From assembly GCA_003151625.1 (NCBI GenBank), contig PLYC01000010.1, positions 133,515-197,514 on the forward strand: DNA of 64,000 bases. Reading direction: 5' to 3'. The notes under the pieces are model-generated. The model had not been told where the DNA came from. It searched no databases and was given only the letters and a program-made list of their open reading frames with translations. This stretch comes from Candidatus Doudnabacteria bacterium (GTDB lineage: Bacteria > Patescibacteriota > Doudnabacteria > UBA920). Positions 28,775 to 39,315 of this stretch are shown one piece after another (the stretch's first letter is position 1; each line of letters starts with the position of its first letter). The translations under genes were made by a program, and so were the position numbers.

Positions 28775-29374
28775 TTATCTACGCTTACCGACTTCGTCCG
28801 TAATATTTTTAAAAGAGATATCTTTTTCTGCCAGTAAAACGAACAGGTGGTAAATTAAATCCACAGTTTCCTCAATTAATCTGGGTTTGGTTTGTTTTTG
28901 CGCTGCGTGTACAACTTCGAGTGCTTCCTCGGCCACTTTTAGGGAAATTTTGTCCAAACCAGCTTTGAATAAAGAGGCTGTATAGGATTTTTTTGGCATC
29001 TTTAATTTTCGCTCCTGGATTACGCTGAACAACTCCAATAATTTGTTGGGGTCAAAATTTTCTTTAAAACAGGAATAAGCACCCGTATGGCACGTCGGAC
29101 CTACCGGTTTGGCTTTAATTAGTATTGCGTCGTTATCACAGTCTAACTTTATATCAACAAGGTTTAAGATGTTCTTGCTGGTTTCGCCTTTCATCCAGAG
29201 CCGCTGTTTGCTTCGGCTATAAAACCAAACTTTTTTTGTCTTTAAAGTTTTGGCGAAAGATTCCTTATTCATATAACCCAGCATCAAAACAGCGGACGTG
29301 TCGGCATCTTGAATGACGGCCGGTACCAGACCTTGACTTTTTGTCCAATTTATTTTTTTGATTAAATTTTTCAT
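28775..29374 (-). CDS. hisIE: Bifunctional PR-AMP cyclohydrolase / PR-ATP pyrophosphatase
   Basis: [37 protein letters not shown]. Confidence 0.95.
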   Translation of the reverse strand: MKNLIKKINWTKSQGLVPAVIQDADTSAVLMLGYMNKESFAKTLKTKKVWFYSRSKQRLWMKGETSKNILNLVDIKLDCDNDAILIKAKPVGPTCHTGAYSCFKENFDPNKLLELFSVIQERKLKMPKKSYTASLFKAGLDKISLKVAEEALEVVHAAQKQTKPRLIEETVDLIYHLFVLLAEKDISFKNITDEVGKRR

Positions 29375-30846
29375 AAGCGTATTGGTATGTTATTAGTTGA
29401 TAAATAATTTTTAACCTGGCTGACGCTAAATTGTCCATAATGGAACAAACTTGCTACCAATGCCGCGTCTGCCTTGCCCTCGGTAAAAGCCAATTTTAAA
29501 TCTTCCAAAGATCCGGCGCCGCCTGATGCGATAACAGGGATTTTTACCGCTTCCGAAACTTTTTTCAAAAGCTCTAAATCATAACCTGATTTTGTGCCGT
29601 CCTTATCCATAGAGGTCAATAAAATTTCTCCCGCTCCTCTTTTTTCAGCTTCTTTGGCCCAGTCGATTGCGTTTAATGAAGTTTCATCGCGGCCGCCCTT
29701 TAGAAATACTTTATATACGCCATCCTTCTTTTTTGCGTCAATTGCTACCACCACGCATTGCCGGCCAAAAGCAAGCGCTGCTTCGGAAATAAATTCGGGG
29801 TTAAGCACGGCCGTGGTATTAATGGAAATTTTGTCAGCGCCTAATTGCAATAATTTGCGAATATCATCAACGGTCTTAATTCCGCCCCCAACGGTGAAAG
29901 GTATAAAGACCTCTTTGGCCACCTGGGCTACCATGTCAAATAACGTCTGCCGATTCTCATGCGACGCGGTAATGTCAAGAAAGACCAGCTCGTCAGCGCC
30001 TTCTTCAGAATACCTGCGACCCAAGGCTACCGGGTCGCCCGCATCCCTCAGGTTTACAAAAGATACGCCCTTAACCACCCTGCCGTCTTTAACGTCCAAG
30101 CAGGGAATAATTCGTTTGGTTAAGTTTGATACAGGTGTTTGAAAATTTAAAGCCTCAGCCAACGTTAGCCTATTTTCATACAAAGCTTTGCCCAAAATGG
30201 CGCCAAAGGCACCCAATGTATTTATTTTTTTCAGAGATTTTAAATCGGAAATTCCTCCGGACGCTATAACATTAAACCCCAAATTTATCAGTTCTTTTAA
30301 AACTATAAAATTTGGCTCGGTTAGGCTGCCGTCTTTTTCCACGTCCGTAAACAAGATTTCGGTTATCCCAAGGGTTTTAAGTTCTTTGGCAAAATCCAAA
30401 TAATTTTTATCAACGGTTTCCTGCCACCCTTTTATCGCAATTTTGCCTTTTTTAATTTCCAGCGCTACTACTATTCGCTTGCTGCCGAACTCTTTAATTA
30501 AAGATGATAATAGGCCAAAATCCGTTAATGCTTTGGTGCCTAAAACAGCACGCCGCACGCCGGAATTTAAATATTTTTGCGCGGTACTTATATCGCGGAT
30601 CCCTCCGCCGACTTCTATGGGAATTTTGACAGCCTTACAAATTTTGGTAATCAGTTCCTGGTTGACCGGCACTCCTGTTTTAGCCGCATCCAAATCAATA
30701 ATATGAAGCATGGCCGCCCCTTGCCGCTCAAAGTCTTGGGCCACGCCTAAAGGATCGGAAGAATAAATTTTTTTCGTGGAAAATTCTCCCTTAGTTAACC
30801 TTACACATTTGCCGTCAATAATGTCTATCGCGGGAATAATTAACAT
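29371..30846 (-). CDS. hisAF: Fused HisA (ProFAR isomerase) - HisF (IGP synthase cyclase)
   Basis: [15 protein letters not shown] (HisA) continues without a stop into [19 protein letters not shown] (HisF). Confidence 0.9.
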   Translation of the reverse strand: MLIIPAIDIIDGKCVRLTKGEFSTKKIYSSDPLGVAQDFERQGAAMLHIIDLDAAKTGVPVNQELITKICKAVKIPIEVGGGIRDISTAQKYLNSGVRRAVLGTKALTDFGLLSSLIKEFGSKRIVVALEIKKGKIAIKGWQETVDKNYLDFAKELKTLGITEILFTDVEKDGSLTEPNFIVLKELINLGFNVIASGGISDLKSLKKINTLGAFGAILGKALYENRLTLAEALNFQTPVSNLTKRIIPCLDVKDGRVVKGVSFVNLRDAGDPVALGRRYSEEGADELVFLDITASHENRQTLFDMVAQVAKEVFIPFTVGGGIKTVDDIRKLLQLGADKISINTTAVLNPEFISEAALAFGRQCVVVAIDAKKKDGVYKVFLKGGRDETSLNAIDWAKEAEKRGAGEILLTSMDKDGTKSGYDLELLKKVSEAVKIPVIASGGAGSLEDLKLAFTEGKADAALVASLFHYGQFSVSQVKNYLSTNNIPIRL

Positions 30847-31430
30847 AAATCGCAAAAGTTAGATAATAATTTCATTCCCCATTGTCCGGATTTTTCCGGA
30901 TGGAATTGAGTAGCGTAAAAGTTATCTTTCTGTGCGATGGCCGCAAAATCAACATCATAAGCGGTTTGACCGATAACGTATTTTAAGTCCGTTGCCAAAT
31001 AATACGAGTGCACAAAGTAAAAGAAACTACCTGTCGGAATTTCTGTCGTAAGCTTGGATTCTTTAATTAGCTCAACTTTATTCCAGCCCATATGCGGGAC
31101 TTTTAAGTCTGTTTGGAATCTTACTACCCGGCCGGGAATTATAGATAAACATTCGGTGTTATCTTCTTCCGAAAATTCCGCCATCAACTGCATGCCTAGA
31201 CATATCCCTAAAGTAGGAACTTTAAGTTTAGGTAAAACTTTGGCAAAGCCGCTTCCTATTAGTTTCTCCATAGCGCTTCCCGCCGCGCCAACCCCGGGCA
31301 AAATAACCTTATCAAAAGCAGCCAAGCTTTCCGGTTTGTTTACAATCTCAAAAGACTTGCCAAGCGAAGTTAACGCGTTGGCTACGCTTTGTAAGTTACT
31401 CGCGCCATAATCTATAATCGCGATTTTCAT
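30840..31430 (-). CDS. hisH: IGP synthase glutaminase subunit
   Basis: [27 protein letters not shown]. Confidence 0.96.
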   Translation of the reverse strand: MKIAIIDYGASNLQSVANALTSLGKSFEIVNKPESLAAFDKVILPGVGAAGSAMEKLIGSGFAKVLPKLKVPTLGICLGMQLMAEFSEEDNTECLSIIPGRVVRFQTDLKVPHMGWNKVELIKESKLTTEIPTGSFFYFVHSYYLATDLKYVIGQTAYDVDFAAIAQKDNFYATQFHPEKSGQWGMKLLSNFCDLC

Positions 31431-32489
31431 TTATAATGACCCTTTCGTGGAAGGCAGTATATCCTTTTGCCGGAAGTCCTTATCAACCGCCATACGCAAA
31501 GCCTTGGCAAAAGCTTTGAAGATTGCCTCTATTTTGTGATGTTCATTCCGGCTATATTTAACATTAATGTGAATATTGGCCTTCATTGTTTCGGCAACTG
31601 AACGGAAAAAGTGTTCTACCATTTCCGTTGGCAGGTCTCCGACCTTCTCTCTTTTAAAATCACAGTTAAACACTAAATACGGTCTGCCGCCCAAGTCTAT
31701 CGCAACCTCCACAAGCGTATCGTCCATTGGCAATAAGAATCCATAACGTTTTATGCCTTTTCTTTCGCCCAATGCCTGTAATAGAGTCTGCCCCAATGTT
31801 AGCCCCACATCTTCTATTGTGTGGTGGTCATCTATCTGTAAATCGCCCTTGGCTTTAATTGTTAAATCAATCAGCGAGTGTTTGGAAAGCTGTTCCAGCA
31901 TGTGGTTGAAAAAATTGATTCCCGTATCAACGCTAAAATTCCCTTGTCCATCCAGATTGCACAAAATAAAAACTTCGGTTTCTTTTGTGCCGCGCTCCAA
32001 GCTTGCGATTCTCGGAAATATTGAATTGGTTTGCATGCCAAAAAACTTCACTCCGATATTTTTGGCAAATCCCGCATCGCTTTCCCTGTCTCCGACCATA
32101 AAAGATTTTTCAAAGTCTATAAGTTCTTTTTGCAAGAAACTTTTCAATAATCCGGCTTTCGGCTTCCTGCAATTGCATTTATCTTTAGCAAAATGAGGGC
32201 AGGTAAATATTCCGTAAAATTCTACCCCTTCCTTTTTTAGCAGTTTCAAAAAAGCATTTTGTACTATTTCAAAATCTTTTTTTGGAAAGGACATTGTACC
32301 CAGGCCGTCCTGATTGGAAACCATAACCAGTTTATAGTTTTGATTTGTCAGATTCTGTAGAACTAAAATTACCCCAGGCAAAATTTTAAGTTTGTCCAGG
32401 CTGTCTACCTGCTCGGTAACCGGCGGTTCAATAATTAGTGTGCCGTCCCTGTCCAAAAAGGCAATTTTTAACAGTTGTCCGGAATTCAT
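31431..32489 (-). CDS. hisB: Bifunctional histidinol-phosphatase / IGP dehydratase
   Basis: FLDRDGTLI, CNCRKP, DDHHTIED, NEHHKIEAIFKAF. Confidence 0.96.
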   Translation of the reverse strand: MNSGQLLKIAFLDRDGTLIIEPPVTEQVDSLDKLKILPGVILVLQNLTNQNYKLVMVSNQDGLGTMSFPKKDFEIVQNAFLKLLKKEGVEFYGIFTCPHFAKDKCNCRKPKAGLLKSFLQKELIDFEKSFMVGDRESDAGFAKNIGVKFFGMQTNSIFPRIASLERGTKETEVFILCNLDGQGNFSVDTGINFFNHMLEQLSKHSLIDLTIKAKGDLQIDDHHTIEDVGLTLGQTLLQALGERKGIKRYGFLLPMDDTLVEVAIDLGGRPYLVFNCDFKREKVGDLPTEMVEHFFRSVAETMKANIHINVKYSRNEHHKIEAIFKAFAKALRMAVDKDFRQKDILPSTKGSL

Positions 32490-33526
32490 ATAATTGATGA
32501 TAAATTTTTAATTAATAATTGATTTTGCTCCGGTGTGCCAATGGAAATCCTAATGCAGTTTTCGAGTTTGGGTTTGGAATTAAAATCTCTTACGATAATT
32601 CCAAAATCTTCGGCTAATTTTTTCGCTATCAGCGATGCGTTAGGATAACGAACCAGTAAAAAATTGGCTTCGCTGGGAAAAACTTTAAATCCTAATTTAG
32701 TTAATTCCAAAGCCAATTTTTCTCTTTCCCTGAGTATTAAGGTTTTAAATTCCAACATCTTTGGGTATTGCTGCAAGGCCTGTATAGCTATCTTGCTGGA
32801 AACACGGTTTAAATTATATGGCGGCTTAATTTTGTTTAAATATTCAATAGGAGCCTCCTGCGCTACGGCATAACCTACCCGAATACCGGCTAATCCCCAG
32901 GCTTTGGAAAAAGTTCTAAGTATAATCAAATTTTCCAAACTTGATATTTTGCCGATTAAAGACGGCTTTGAAGCAAACTCAACGTAAGCCTCATCAACCA
33001 CTACAATGCCGCGGAAATTGCCGCAAATCTTTTCCAATTCTTCCGGCTTAATTAAAGTTCCGGTAGGGTTGTTTGGGGAGCAACAAAAAATAATCTTTGT
33101 TTTGCTGTTTATTTGGGAAAGCAGGTTTGGAACATCCACTTGGAAATCTGAAGTCAAAGAAATATTTTTTACTGCCACCCCGGCAACTTCGGCCGCAACT
33201 TTGTACATCCCGTATGTGGGTTCCATTATTATAATTTCTTCGTCTGGCTCTACAAAAAGACGAATAAGCAAATCTATGGCCTCGTCCGAACCGTTACCCA
33301 CAAAAATGTTTTTTTCCGAAATTCCCAAAAATTTTCCCAATGCTTTGCGCAAATCAAGGGAGTAGGGATCGGGATAACGGTTAAGTTCGTTGTCGATTGA
33401 TTCGTTAATGACACTGCCAAGCGAGTTTTCGTTGGCGTCCATAAAGACGCCTTTTTGATAAAGGCTGCGGGCCGAACTATAAGGTTTAAAGCCTCTTAAA
33501 TTGGAACGTATTAAATCGGTAATCAT
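32486..33526 (-). CDS. hisC: Histidinol-phosphate aminotransferase
   Basis: DANEN, NRYPDP, SPNNPTG, DEAY, RTFSKAWGLAGIRVGY. Confidence 0.96.
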   Translation of the reverse strand: MITDLIRSNLRGFKPYSSARSLYQKGVFMDANENSLGSVINESIDNELNRYPDPYSLDLRKALGKFLGISEKNIFVGNGSDEAIDLLIRLFVEPDEEIIIMEPTYGMYKVAAEVAGVAVKNISLTSDFQVDVPNLLSQINSKTKIIFCCSPNNPTGTLIKPEELEKICGNFRGIVVVDEAYVEFASKPSLIGKISSLENLIILRTFSKAWGLAGIRVGYAVAQEAPIEYLNKIKPPYNLNRVSSKIAIQALQQYPKMLEFKTLILREREKLALELTKLGFKVFPSEANFLLVRYPNASLIAKKLAEDFGIIVRDFNSKPKLENCIRISIGTPEQNQLLIKNLSSII

Positions 33527-34818
33527 AAATTTTTCTTGAATCTTATACTTACGGCATTTTTGTGGGCATCAAGGCCTTCTTTTGCAGCCAGGACTTCAAC
33601 CGTGGTTCTTAAATTTTTAATTCCTTCTTTGGTGACTTGTTGAATTTGCATTTTCTTTCCAAAAGATTCTACGGAAAGCGCCGAGAACATTTTAGCATAA
33701 CCGGAGGTAGGCAAGGTGTGATTACTGCCTGTGGCGTAATCTCCCAAAGGCTCGCTGGAATAATTTCCCAAAAATACCGAACCCGCGTTGTTTATTCTTT
33801 TCAGTATGGCATTCTCGTTCTTACAAACTATTTCCAAGTGCTCGGGAGCATAATCGTTAATTAAATCACAAGCTTCCGTTATGGTTTTTGTGATAATAAT
33901 AAAGCTGTTTTTTAAAGACTGCCGCACAATCTGCAACCGGAAAAGTTGCTCGGCCTGTTTTAAAACTTGATCGTAAACCTGTTTTGCCAAAGTTTCGGAT
34001 AAAGTAACCAAAATCGCCTGAGAGTCTTCGCCGTGTTCTAACTGCGAAAGCAGATCCGCGGCAATCCAATCCGGGTCAGCGCTTTCGTCCGCTAAGGCTA
34101 AAACCTCGGAAGGGCCAGCCGGCATATCTATATCCACCTCTCCATATACCATCATTTTTGCAGTGGTAACGTATTGATTCCCGGGACCAAAAATTTTTGA
34201 TACTTTAGGTATGGACTCTGTACCGTAAGCCATGGCCGCAACAGCCTGTGCCCCGCCTACTTTAAAAATTTTTGATATACCGCACAAATCAGCTGCTATC
34301 AGTACCGCGCTTGGAACCTTTCCTTCTTTGTTCGGAGGCACGCAAAGCACAATTTCTTTACAACCGGCAATTTTTGCGGGAATGGCTAACATTAAAACCG
34401 TGGAAGGATAAGCCGCCTTTCCGCCGGGAATATAAAGGCCAACCTTTTCAATCGGGCGAAATTCCCGCCAGATTTGGACGCCTTTGGCGGTTGTGACTTT
34501 TTGTTCCTTAATTTGCACGTTGCTTTTGTGAAATTTTTCAATGTTAGTTTTAGCTACTTTTAGCGCCTTAACCAATTCCTTACTTTCTTGTTTATAAGCC
34601 GTAGCTATTTCTTGTTTAGAGACCGCTAGGACTTTTAAATCCGCCCCTTCAAATTTTTTAGTAAAAGCAAAAAGCGCTTTGTCTTTATTTTTTCGGACAT
34701 CGCCAATTATTTTACTTACTACCGCCTCTACATTTGTTTTTTTGCTTTGCCTTTCCCGGATCAAATTCAGTATAGTTTGAAAGGAATATTGCTTTGTAGA
34801 TATAATTTTCATAAACAT
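33523..34818 (-). CDS. hisD: Histidinol dehydrogenase
   Basis: [40 protein letters not shown]. Confidence 0.97.
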   Translation of the reverse strand: MFMKIISTKQYSFQTILNLIRERQSKKTNVEAVVSKIIGDVRKNKDKALFAFTKKFEGADLKVLAVSKQEIATAYKQESKELVKALKVAKTNIEKFHKSNVQIKEQKVTTAKGVQIWREFRPIEKVGLYIPGGKAAYPSTVLMLAIPAKIAGCKEIVLCVPPNKEGKVPSAVLIAADLCGISKIFKVGGAQAVAAMAYGTESIPKVSKIFGPGNQYVTTAKMMVYGEVDIDMPAGPSEVLALADESADPDWIAADLLSQLEHGEDSQAILVTLSETLAKQVYDQVLKQAEQLFRLQIVRQSLKNSFIIITKTITEACDLINDYAPEHLEIVCKNENAILKRINNAGSVFLGNYSSEPLGDYATGSNHTLPTSGYAKMFSALSVESFGKKMQIQQVTKEGIKNLRTTVEVLAAKEGLDAHKNAVSIRFKKNL

Positions 34819-35438
34819 TAATTAATACCGCACTTGGATAAGAATTTTGCTTTGGCCTGCTTATTAATCGGGCTTTCGATTAATACGGCTTGGGATTCTA
34901 ATATCGTGAATAACGGCACCAAATTATGCGCTTTTAAAGTAGTGCCGGTTTGCACTATATCGCAAATAGCGTCTGCCAGGTTCAAATCTGGCGTTATTTC
35001 CACGGAACCGGAAATGGGAATTATGGCCGCCTCAAGCTTCTCTTTTTTTAAATAGTCGGTAAGCAGTTTTGGATAGGAAGTGGCGATTCTTTCTCCTTCC
35101 AAATCCTTGGAGGTTTTTATAACGGAGTCTGCCGGAGCCGCTATCATCAGCCTGCATTTGCCAAAATCAAACTTTTTTAATATTTTCGGTTCAAATTCTT
35201 TTTCCGCGAGGACATTTTGTCCCACAATGCCAAAATCCGCCACGCCCCGGCTCACGTATTCCGGAATATCATCGTCCCTAAGATATAATACATCAAGGTC
35301 AAAATTTTGACAGGGCAGAATTAGCGAATGCCCGTTTGGAGCAAAAGTCAGCCCGCAAGAAACAAGGAAGTCCATACTGCCCTGATTCAGCCGGCCGCTT
35401 TTTTGAACGGCAATTCTTAGTCTTTCCGGAGTTTTCAT
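34818..35438 (-). CDS. hisG: ATP phosphoribosyltransferase, 206 aa, lacking the C-terminal regulatory domain
   Basis: RLRIAVQKSGRL, LRDDDIP, IATSYP, SGSVE, DIVQTGTTL. Confidence 0.93.
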   Translation of the reverse strand: MKTPERLRIAVQKSGRLNQGSMDFLVSCGLTFAPNGHSLILPCQNFDLDVLYLRDDDIPEYVSRGVADFGIVGQNVLAEKEFEPKILKKFDFGKCRLMIAAPADSVIKTSKDLEGERIATSYPKLLTDYLKKEKLEAAIIPISGSVEITPDLNLADAICDIVQTGTTLKAHNLVPLFTILESQAVLIESPINKQAKAKFLSKCGIN

Positions 35439-36727
35439 AATGAGCTATATCCTTTAAAGTAATTAATAATCTGGTCCTGCGGTATAGTTTTTTGCTTGCC
35501 GGTCTTCATCATTTTAATGGTTACCTCGCCGCGTTCCTTTTCGTCCGATCCGCACATAACAACAAAAGGTATGCTTTTTTTGTCCGCGTATTTTAATTGT
35601 TTCGCAATTTTGGCCGGTTCAAAATAAATTTCCGCTTTTAACCCAGCCGTCTGTATATCACCCAAAATTTTAAGTGAATCCGGCAAGGTGTCCGCGTCAA
35701 AATATGCTACTAATGCCTGCGAATTTAAGCTTATTTCGTCAAGCAGTTTAAGTTGTTCCATCGCTACAATAATACGGTCAAATCCAAAGGCAACGCCCAC
35801 CCCGCTGAATTTTTCAGGGCAAAAAAGTGAGCACAGGTCGTCATACCTGCCTCCGGCGCAAACGGCTCCAATGTCCACTTCCGGTATGTAAACTTCAAAA
35901 ATAACGCCGGTATAATAATCCAGACCCCGCGCCAGACTGGGATCAAAAACCAAAACTTCATCCGGAATTCCAAACCCCTTTGCAATTTTTAAAAACTCCT
36001 GGATTTCAGTAATGTTATATTTTTGAAATAAGTTTAATCTTTCGTTTGAACTGCCTTCTACGCACACTAATTCCAATAATTTTGAAACCTCGGAGTCAGA
36101 AGCTAAAGACTTAAGCTCCTGTTTGATTTCGGCAGGGCTTAACTTATCCATTTTATCCAATATCCTAATCATCCCTGCCTGATTCTCGGCCGGGATTTTT
36201 AGGTCGTTCAAAATACTGTTAATCAATCTGCGGCTGTTAAATTTAATTTTAAACTTGGAAAAGCCCAAGGTAGTAAAAACTTCGGCCATTACTTTGGCGA
36301 TTTCGGCTTCAGCCACCAGGCTCTGTGTGCCGATAATATCTATGTCGCACTGGTAAAATTCCCTATATCTGCCTTTTGCCGGCCTGTCAGCCCGCCAAAC
36401 TCTTCCAATCTGGTACCGCTTAAAAGGCATTGGTAAAGTTTTGTAGTTGGCGGCCACCACTCTGGCAAAGGGGACGGTTTGATCATAACGCAGGCAAATA
36501 TCTCTGTCGCCATTATCCTTAAAACGGTAAACTAGTTTGGATCCCTCTTCGCCATACTTGCCTAATATTGTTTCCGCGTATTCAATTGCCGGAGTTTCGA
36601 TGGCATCGTAGCCAAACTTTGTAAACACAGTTTTAATTTTTTCCAAAACATAATCTCTCTTTGCCATTTGTTCGGGCAAAAAGTCCCTTGTTCCCTGTAA
36701 TATTTTTGGTTCAATAAATTGGTTCAT
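35435..36727 (-). CDS. hisS: Histidyl-tRNA synthetase (his-operon copy)
   Basis: GTRDFLP, GRYREFYQCDID, RGLDYYTG, GGRYD, QLKYADKK anticodon domain. Confidence 0.93.
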   Translation of the reverse strand: MNQFIEPKILQGTRDFLPEQMAKRDYVLEKIKTVFTKFGYDAIETPAIEYAETILGKYGEEGSKLVYRFKDNGDRDICLRYDQTVPFARVVAANYKTLPMPFKRYQIGRVWRADRPAKGRYREFYQCDIDIIGTQSLVAEAEIAKVMAEVFTTLGFSKFKIKFNSRRLINSILNDLKIPAENQAGMIRILDKMDKLSPAEIKQELKSLASDSEVSKLLELVCVEGSSNERLNLFQKYNITEIQEFLKIAKGFGIPDEVLVFDPSLARGLDYYTGVIFEVYIPEVDIGAVCAGGRYDDLCSLFCPEKFSGVGVAFGFDRIIVAMEQLKLLDEISLNSQALVAYFDADTLPDSLKILGDIQTAGLKAEIYFEPAKIAKQLKYADKKSIPFVVMCGSDEKERGEVTIKMMKTGKQKTIPQDQIINYFKGYSSL

Positions 36728-36785
36728 AAAAAAAATGTTAATTAAAAATCCACCCTGCTAATTTAGGGTGGGCGGTTTAAGAGCT

Positions 36786-37085
36786 TTAATTCGTCTTAAC
36801 GCCGAGACGTTTAAGCACCAAACCATACCCACCCATGCCATGATGCAGCCAGTGGGCAACACGAGTGATAGTAGCGGTGCTGGAACCGGTTTGTTTGCAA
36901 ATTTCTCTATAAGATTCCTGATTGGAAACTTTCTTGGCTACCTGAAAACGTTCTGCCATAGCTTCAAGCTCGGCAATCGTGCATAAATCTCTAAAGAATT
37001 GTTTGCATTCTTTGGTATTTTTGAGTTTAAGAATACCTAAAAACAACTCCTCAAATTCTTTGGTATTTAACAACTTGTCTTCCAT
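36786..37085 (-). CDS. YerC/YecD TrpR-like regulator (probable his repressor)
   Basis: FFRDLCTIAEL.AMAERFQVA..YREI..TGSSTATITRV. Confidence 0.92.
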   Translation of the reverse strand: MEDKLLNTKEFEELFLGILKLKNTKECKQFFRDLCTIAELEAMAERFQVAKKVSNQESYREICKQTGSSTATITRVAHWLHHGMGGYGLVLKRLGVKTN

Positions 37086-37102
37086 AAATATAACTGTTTT
37101 AA

Positions 37103-37154
37103 CGTGTTAATACACTAACACGATTATATTAGCAGGGTGCTAAAAATTTGTCAA
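37103..37154 (-). promoter_or_regulatory. his operon promoter with palindromic operator
   Basis: TTGACA (37154-37149), 17 nt, TAATAT; operator CGTGTTA-N6-TAACACG at 37103-37122. Confidence 0.6.
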
Positions 37155-37220
37155 TAGTTTATCGGCTGTCATTGGCTGGCTCTTAGGACTGGCCCTGAAA
37201 CAATTTAGGAACCGGCGGTA

Positions 37221-37925
37221 TTAAAATTGGCATTGGTTTCTTTCGTAAATTTTGATTTCATTTGTTTCCATATCCTGCACCACGTTTTCAATCCTTCTCT
37301 TATCGCCGTTGGTGGATACAGTATCGTCCAGAGAATATGCTTGTAGCGGTTTTAAACCCCAGCCGCTGTATTCTAATGTTCTAAACAAATAACCGATAAA
37401 CGTTCCTGTGAACCGGTATAGTCGGATGCAGGATTTTATTTTGTCTTCTACGTCATCGCCGTAACCTTTCCACTTCCGTAGCCTCGGCGATAATTCAATC
37501 CACTGGTCAACCATAAAGCGCAACAGTGGTATAAGTTCCTGCTGCGCTTTTATATTACCTTTTTGAGCAAGCCGAACCAAGGCAATACTTATGGCATCAC
37601 GAAACATTCGGTCGTCCGGATCTGCCGGCGCGATAAAAATATACAGCTTTTCTTGGAATGGTTTTAGCACCGCCCGAACTTCCCGGATATTTCTGTACGG
37701 CTTAACTTTTTTCGGTCTGCGCTGCGTCCAGCGCTTTTGAAACTCCCGGTCCAACTTGCGAACCACTGCATCCCAATCAATGTCGCCAAGCGGAGTTTTT
37801 ACCTTTCTCCAGACGTAATGGTAGACCTGCGGGGTTTGGTAATATATCCAAGAACTGCTAAATAAGGCCGGTTGTTGCTTTTGGAGGGTGGTGTTTAGTA
37901 GTTGGATAGCTTCGTTAATATCCAT
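37221..37925 (-). CDS. Hypothetical protein with sigma-70 region-2-like C-terminal half
   Basis: LVRLAQKGNIKAQQELI...FIGYLF...YSLDD resembles sigma regions 1.2-3; no region-4 HTH evident. Confidence 0.5.
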   Translation of the reverse strand: MDINEAIQLLNTTLQKQQPALFSSSWIYYQTPQVYHYVWRKVKTPLGDIDWDAVVRKLDREFQKRWTQRRPKKVKPYRNIREVRAVLKPFQEKLYIFIAPADPDDRMFRDAISIALVRLAQKGNIKAQQELIPLLRFMVDQWIELSPRLRKWKGYGDDVEDKIKSCIRLYRFTGTFIGYLFRTLEYSGWGLKPLQAYSLDDTVSTNGDKRRIENVVQDMETNEIKIYERNQCQF

Positions 37926-38071
37926 GGTATAATTACACCATAGAGACAGCGGAACAGCCAAGTTTGGACACGTGACGCAGGCTTATGATCTGTACCCCGA
38001 AAAGTAGACACTCGTGTCTCTTTTTTTGTATCCGTCTACAATAAGTACAGATCAACTAATTCATACTAACC

Positions 38072-38443
38072 ATGAGCAGAAAACAAGCATTCACCAGCGA
38101 CCAAATCAGACAACTGTCCAAGAACCCCAACATCTCCCGTTGCGGCAGCAATACGGTCCGTTACAGCAGGGCGTTCAAGCAAGAGGCCATGAGGCAGTAC
38201 GAGGCAGGATTATCCGCAGTGGAGATATTCCAAAATGCCGGAATTGATTTGGATACCATCGGCAAGTACGCCCCCAACCACTTAATGCACCAATGGCGGG
38301 CATCACTTCGGGCCAAGTCCGGAGAAAAGGTCGATCCCTTAACAAGGCCAAACAACAACCTGGAAATGCTGAAGGCCCAGGTGGCCTACCTGAAGGCGGA
38401 AAACGATTTTTTAGCCAAGCTCCGGGCACGGAAAAGAAAATAG
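38072..38443 (+). CDS. IS3 transposase OrfA
   Basis: YSRAFKQEA HTH and LKAQVAYLKAENDFLAKL zipper. Confidence 0.85.
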   Translation: MSRKQAFTSDQIRQLSKNPNISRCGSNTVRYSRAFKQEAMRQYEAGLSAVEIFQNAGIDLDTIGKYAPNHLMHQWRASLRAKSGEKVDPLTRPNNNLEMLKAQVAYLKAENDFLAKLRARKRK

Positions 38444-39315
38444 GCTTAAGGCCTTGCCAGCAGTTTGCCATTATCAAAAAGCTTGGCGGAAACCTCAAGC
38501 TCCTCTGCGGGATCGCCCGGGTCTCGCGGGCCGGTTACTACAAATGGCTCAAGGGGCAAGGCAAGCAGCCCAAAGATTATGAGGATTATCTGCTGGTTAA
38601 GAAAATCTTTGACCAAGGCAAGGGCAAGTGGGGCTGGAGAACCATCCAGATGCATTTAAAGGATGATTACGGTATAATTATGAACCACAAGAAGATTGAG
38701 AGGATCAAAAATGACTACGGCTTAATTACCAAAATCAGGAGGAAAAATCCGTACAAGGCCATGCTCAAAAAGACTCTTGAGCACCGGGTGTACCCCAATA
38801 TCTTAAATCGGCAGTTCCGGCAAACTCAGCCCAAGACGGTTTTTTGCACGGACATTACCTATTTGCCTTTTAGCGACAAGCTGACCTACCTTTCTGCGGT
38901 CAAAGACATCGCCAGCCGGGAAATCGTAGGCTGGAGCATGTCACAAAATATCCAGATGGATTTAGTCTTAAACACCTTGGACAATTTAAAACAAAACATG
39001 CCTGGAAAAGAGGTACTCCTGCATTCGGATCAAGGTTCTCATTACACCAGCCCGGACTTCGCCTTAAAGGCCAAGGCGCTTAATCTGATCCAGTCCATGT
39101 CCCGGAAAGGCAACTGCACGGATAACGGTCCCATGGAATCGTTCTTCGGCCACTTCAAGGACGAGGTGGATTTTAAGGACTGCAAAACCTTCGCGGAGCT
39201 GGAAGAGTTGACCGCCGCCTACATGGACTATTACAATACCAAAAGGAAGCAGTGGAACTTAAACAAAATGACGCCGGAACAATACCGGCAATACCTGATA
39301 GAAAAAAGCGGCTAA
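38293..39315 (+). CDS. IS3 transposase OrfB (DDE), probably reached by -1 frameshift near 38430-38440
   Basis: TDITY, LHSDQGSHYTS, SMSRKGNCTDN..MESFFGHFKDE. Confidence 0.93.
   Translation: MAGITSGQVRRKGRSLNKAKQQPGNAEGPGGLPEGGKRFFSQAPGTEKKIGLRPCQQFAIIKKLGGNLKLLCGIARVSRAGYYKWLKGQGKQPKDYEDYLLVKKIFDQGKGKWGWRTIQMHLKDDYGIIMNHKKIERIKNDYGLITKIRRKNPYKAMLKKTLEHRVYPNILNRQFRQTQPKTVFCTDITYLPFSDKLTYLSAVKDIASREIVGWSMSQNIQMDLVLNTLDNLKQNMPGKEVLLHSDQGSHYTSPDFALKAKALNLIQSMSRKGNCTDNGPMESFFGHFKDEVDFKDCKTFAELEELTAAYMDYYNTKRKQWNLNKMTPEQYRQYLIEKSG

Noticed and set aside
35435-36727. Calling this gene hisZ because it precedes a short hisG
   Set aside because: It retains RGLDYY, GGRYD and a full anticodon-binding domain, so it was called HisRS
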